Shown here: positions 36,580 to 41,158 of the stretch, piece after piece
How positions within the stretch are numbered: position 1 is the stretch's first letter
How the letters are laid out: each line of letters starts with the position of its first letter
Assembly (NCBI RefSeq): GCF_001194135.2
Contig: NC_068987.1
Span: 87,307,880-87,349,037 of the forward strand
Reading direction: 5' to 3'
DNA from: Octopus bimaculoides
Lineage: Eukaryota
Length of the DNA: 41,158 nucleotides
Made by a program: the position numbers and the translations under genes
The notes under the pieces: generated by a model
Seen by the model: the letters and a program-made list of their open reading frames with translations, nothing else
Database searches by the model: none
What the model was told of the DNA's origin: nothing

Positions 36580-37493
36580 ACTAGCTGACGTACCCGGTAA
36601 TTCCTGGGAAAGCGGGGCCTATCCCTTGGTTCCGTTCTTATAATTGTTTCGCTAATTCAATAACAATACAAAGTATGTAGCCCTTAAAACGGTTCTTGCG
36701 CATTTACAGAGAATACCGAAATGTCTTGCACAGCATATTGTGTTTAGGAATTCCTAATAAATTATGAATACTCAAATTGTGAAGTCAGTTATGTAATAAC
36801 ATGAAACTAGTTACCCAATAGTAAGAATTCAAATAAAGTAGCCTCGAAAAGGGCTTTAATGCGTTCCCAGAGTATATAGAACATAGGAGGAAATACTAAT
36901 AAGGTATGTATACTAAAATAGTGAAGCATGTTACGTAATAACAGGTTAATCAAATATGAGATAATACCAATTCAAAGTAAATAACTCTGAAAAGGGCTTT
37001 TGTGTGTTCCCAGAGAATATTACCTTCAGGGGCGCTAGTGTTGGTATATTCGTGAATAAGTCACTAACCTAAATAGGAGGATCTATTGTTTAGGAAAATA
37101 CTATTTACTTGTTTAAGGGTTGTACTGGATAAATTGCAAAAATAATTCTAACAGTTCAAATACTAAGAAATAAGCATACTCAATTTGATTTATACCAAGT
37201 CATTTAGGAAAATAAATGGGTTATTTCCCTTAGCTATACACATTCCTTCCAGGGGCGAATAGGTTATTTCCCTTGGCTTTTAAAATAATATATATATATA
37301 TATATATATAAGGATCCCTTTCAGGGGACCTATTATCGAGATTTTCAACAATCTGAGTATGCCACGAGGTTTTCAGACATGAGTTCTACTTACGTGCCAA
37401 GTTTCATCAAAATCGATAAACGATGTAGAAGGAGTAAGCTAACAACTCCACAAACGCACCCACAGACAAAATTTCCCCACATATATAGTAGAT
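36580..37493 (+). mobile_element. Non-autonomous Helitron/Helentron-like element
   Basis: 5' ACTAGCTGACGTACCCGG; internal duplicated blocks (GAAAAGGGCTTT...GTTCCCAGAG at about 36848 and 36989); 3' CCAAGTTTCATCAAAATCG...ACAGACAAAATTT...ATATATAGTAGAT. Termini recalled from HINE/Lep1-like elements. Confidence 0.55.
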
Positions 37494-37539
37494 AAAAGAA
37501 GGAAAAGTAACGCCTGTTCATTTTAGGGACCCAATGTTG

Positions 37540-38155
37540 CGTGAGGTGGCAGAATGGTTAGAGCGTCAGAAAAAATGCATTGCAACATGTGTTCTGCCGC
37601 TTTACTCTTTGATTTCGTATCCCTGCTGATGTCCTCTTTGCCTTTTATCCTTTCGGGGTCGATAAAATAATGTTGCTCCGATGAACTGGGGAGGGGGCGT
37701 GCTGGTCGTGTGCCAAAATTTGAAGCAGCTATTAGAAGACAGCGAGCTGGCTGAATCGTTTGCATGCCGGATAAAATACTTAGCGGCATTTCTTCCGACA
37801 TTGCGTTCTCAATTTAAATCCCGCCGAAGTCGACCTTGCCTTTCATCCTTTCGGGGTCGCTGAAATAAACACCAGTTGAACACTAGGGTCGATGTAATAG
37901 TCTTAGCCCATCCCCTCAAAATTGCTGGACTTGTACCGAAGTTTTAAATCATTACTGAAAGGCAACGAGCCGGCAGGATCATTAGCGTGACGGAGAAAAT
38001 GCTTACCGCCATTCCTTCCGACTCTTTACTTCTTGAGTTCAAATTGCACCGAGATCGACTTTACAGTTCATCCTTTTGGGATGGCACAAGGTCACCAGCC
38101 TCAAATTGTTGACCTTGTGCCAAGGTTGCTGGGCTTGTGCCAAAAACTGAAACGA
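37540..38155 (+). mobile_element. Three head-to-tail SINE family B copies
   Basis: Heads at about 37540, 37738 and 37958, each followed by a TTCATCCTTT(C/T)GGG-like core. Confidence 0.8.
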
Positions 38156-38407
38156 TGATTTTAGTGACCTCGAGACTGTCGAAAAGTCAGAAGGATTGAT
38201 ATCTAAAGCGGACATTGGGCATTGCTATTAACAGAGTGACCATCGGTCAAGCGATTCTATGAACAGGCAGTGATGTTAAACAAGCTGACCGGTAAAGATT
38301 GCTACCGAAAAACAGAATGCAAAGGACCAGAAAAGATTCTGCACAACTTCCCATACAACGCTCTTAGTAAAATATAGTGGTGGGGTAGGTATACTATGGA
38401 CGGTGGA

Positions 38408-38483
<76 letters not shown>

Positions 38484-38490
38484 GTCAGTC

Positions 38491-38665
38491 TGTGATACAC
38501 GATCCCTATTGATCGCAACCCCCCCCCACGTTTTTTTTTCTTCCCGCGATCCCTTTTGATCGAAATCCCCACCTTTTTTTTTCCGCGATCCCTTTTGATC
38601 GAAAAGCTCTACTTTGTAATTTGTCCATTTTCTGTATTTAGCCCTGTGTGGCTATAATAAAAAGA
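38491..38665 (+). mobile_element. 3'-UTR-only insertion of the Tx1-like family with a 16-bp target-site duplication (TSD)
   Basis: TATCTATCTGTCAGTC at 38475-38490 and 38666-38681; body matches 16229-16306; AATAAA at 38656-38661. Confidence 0.85.
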
Positions 38666-38981
38666 TATCTATCTGTCAGTCTGTCTGTCTGTCTACCTAC
38701 CAACCTACCAACCTACCAACCTACCTACCTACCTACCTACCAACCAACCTACCTACCTACCTACCTACCTACCTGTCTGTCTGTCTGACTGTCTCTGTCT
38801 GTCTGTCTATCTATCGCTCTCTCTCTCTCTCTCNNNNNNNNNNTGTTTTCCTTTTTTGTTTTTTGTTTTTGTCTTTTGTGGTTTCTTTTGTGATTTCTAT
38901 TAGAGGCTCTAAAGACAGATTTAGTGGTAGGGAGTAATGGATGCACCTTTATAGCTTTTTATGCTATCATCTCCTATTTAG

Positions 38982-39110
38982 ATATTCTTTTCTACTCTAG
39001 GCACAAGGCCCGAAATTTTTTGGGGGAGGGGGCCAGTCAATTAGATCGACCCCAGTACGCAACTGACACTTAATTTATTGACCCCGAAAAGATGAAAGGC
39101 AAAGTCGACT
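38982..39110 (-). mobile_element. Young SINE family B 3' half
   Basis: Core GACCCCGAAAAGATGAAAGGCAAAGTCGAC and 3' end CTACTCTAGGCACAAGGCCCG. Confidence 0.88.
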
Positions 39111-40105
39111 TCCTATTTAAATATTAACTTGAAAAAAATTACTGTACGTAATATTATGATAAACTGCTTGTTAGCCACAACAACAACAACAACATCAACA
39201 AAAATAACAGACTTCAGAATGTGATTAAGTAAGTAAACAAACCGGAGAATATATCATCTACGAATATGTAAGTAAATTAAAAGCATTAAACTTAATTATA
39301 AGTAAAAAGATTTAGTAAAATCCGTGTGTATTTCCATACACGCAATAAAATCATTCAATGTACTTTATTGGTTGGTAACATCAAGATTTGTGTGTGTATA
39401 CATACATGTGTATATGTTTGAACGTTGTTGATTTTAGCTATGAATGTCATTTAATTTCATAATCTACTCACGTGTAGAAATACATGTGTCAACTTGTGCA
39501 TGGGTTCAGAAATTTGTGTGTGTGTGTGTTCGTGTGTGTATGATGGGACTGTGATATGTGGTTAAACATTTTTGCCGAAGGAAAAATCGCCGTAAGAAAT
39601 TTCTTTCTAAGTGACCTCGTCTCGATTTTTAATGCTTGACGTTGAATAAAGACTTGCTTATTTAATGCTTCTATATCTATTTATTATTATTTTAATTTTT
39701 TATTCTAAAAAATGCTAATATAATACGCTTTATCATTGACCATACAACGAATTTGTCTTGAAGGCGAATCTTCCGGACACGGAGATATATATATGAAGTA
39801 CAAAGAACACGTTCCTAAGTTTATCCATATTCAGGTGGAACGGTTGAACAACGTAGTCCTCTGTGTCAAACTAGTCCCCGGAGCTAAAGGTTTAAACCTG
39901 ATATTACGTGTGTGTGTGTGCATTAAAAAGGTTTGTGCGTTCGTGTGTGTGTGTGTGTGTAGCTAGGGAGCTAGGACACAAATGGGTAGATATGGAAGAG
40001 ATGAGACACGGCAACGAGCTGAAGTTGAAAGACATAATATGGAGAAACCCATGCGTAGGGAGACAAGGCCTCGGAGCCACTTATTTCTAGTACTATAGAA
40101 GTAGA

Positions 40106-40563
40106 TGTGTGGTAAGTAGCTTGCTTACCAACCACATGGTTCCGGGTTCAGTCCCACTGTGTGGCAGTTTGGGCAAGTCTCCTACTATTGCTTCAGGCCG
40201 ACCAAAGCCTTGTGAGTGGATTTGGTAGACGGAAACTGAAAGAAGCCCGTCGTGTATATACATATATATATATATAAGGAGCAAAAATACTGGCGATTTC
40301 AACTATATGTATATATGTATGTGTATGTATGTATATATGTATATGTATATGTGTGTGTGTCTGTGTTAGTCCCCCCACTATCGTTTGACAACCGATGTTG
40401 GTGTGTTTACGTCCACGCAAACTTAGCGGTTCGGCAAAAGGGTCCGATAGAATAAGTACTAGGCTTACAAAGAATAAGTCGTGGGGTCGATTTGTTCGAC
40501 TAAAGGCGGTGCTCCAGCATGGACGCAATCAAGTGACTGAAACAAGTAAAAGACTAAAAGAAT
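40106..40563 (+). mobile_element. SINE family A, slightly 5'-truncated, with internal (TA)/(TATG)n
   Basis: Colinear with the reverse complement of 21393-21871. Confidence 0.93.
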
Positions 40564-40570
40564 ATATATC

Positions 40571-40601
<31 letters not shown>

Positions 40602-41126
40602 GTGTGCGTGTGTGCGTATGTGTGTGTATAGTGTACAGAAGAGGTTATAATCTATGCCATAGGAATGTGAGTGTGCGTGTATGTTAGTATGTTCGCATTT
40701 CCGTAACTTATCAGTTCGCCAATAGAGAGTAATAGAATAAAGTACCAGAGTTTAAAAAAAAGTAGAGGTGTCGTTTGTTCGAGTAAAACGCATGAAGGTG
40801 GTACCCCACATGGCCGTCACCCAAAAACTCAAGCAAGTAAAATATAAACAACAAAAATAACGTACATGGCGTATCGTTTGATATCTTTGATGTTGGAAGC
40901 ATTTCATCGTATCACTGAATGATGATAAAGTTTTATAATTTCGGTATATATTGTAGACACAACTTAAAACTTTTCATACAACATCTGTATTTACTACCGT
41001 TGAAAATTGACGTAGATACCATATGCACATAAACGCACCATAGTTACAAGCACATGCATAATCAAACGCATGCGCACTTATATATAAATGAATAAATAAA
41101 TGTATATATACACACACACACACACA

Positions 41127-41158
<32 letters not shown>

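Noticed and set aside
39736-39966. 76-aa ORF with ordinary composition
   Set aside because: TTG start, runs into (GT)n, no recognisable homology.

Overview
Eukaryotic, AT-rich, repeat-saturated window with many assembly gaps and no convincing host-gene exon. The SINE families and microsatellite load look like an octopus/cephalopod genome (inferred from repeat recognition, not a search). Most ORFs in the supplied track are microsatellite or N-gap artefacts. Real content: two abundant tRNA-derived SINE families; decayed Tc1/mariner transposases; two foldback MITEs; a Helitron-like element; 3' fragments of R4/Dong, Tx1-like, CR1-like and CRE-like LINEs, several sitting in specific microsatellites; and three GIY-YIG endonuclease remnants of Penelope-like elements (PLEs). 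Three hammerhead ribozyme (HHR) motifs fold fully by hand: 1638-1682 (+), 6319-6364 (-) and 34340-34407 (+). The best candidate novel system is a ~370-bp element (6254-6623, minus) joining a tRNA-derived Pol III head, an (AAT)n tract and a PLE-type hammerhead. Its apparent target-site duplication splits a transposase exactly at FY|FQQ, which supports a single mobile unit. Second is an apparently RT-less GIY-YIG + hammerhead element with a Thr/Asp-rich coding repeat (33391-34490).
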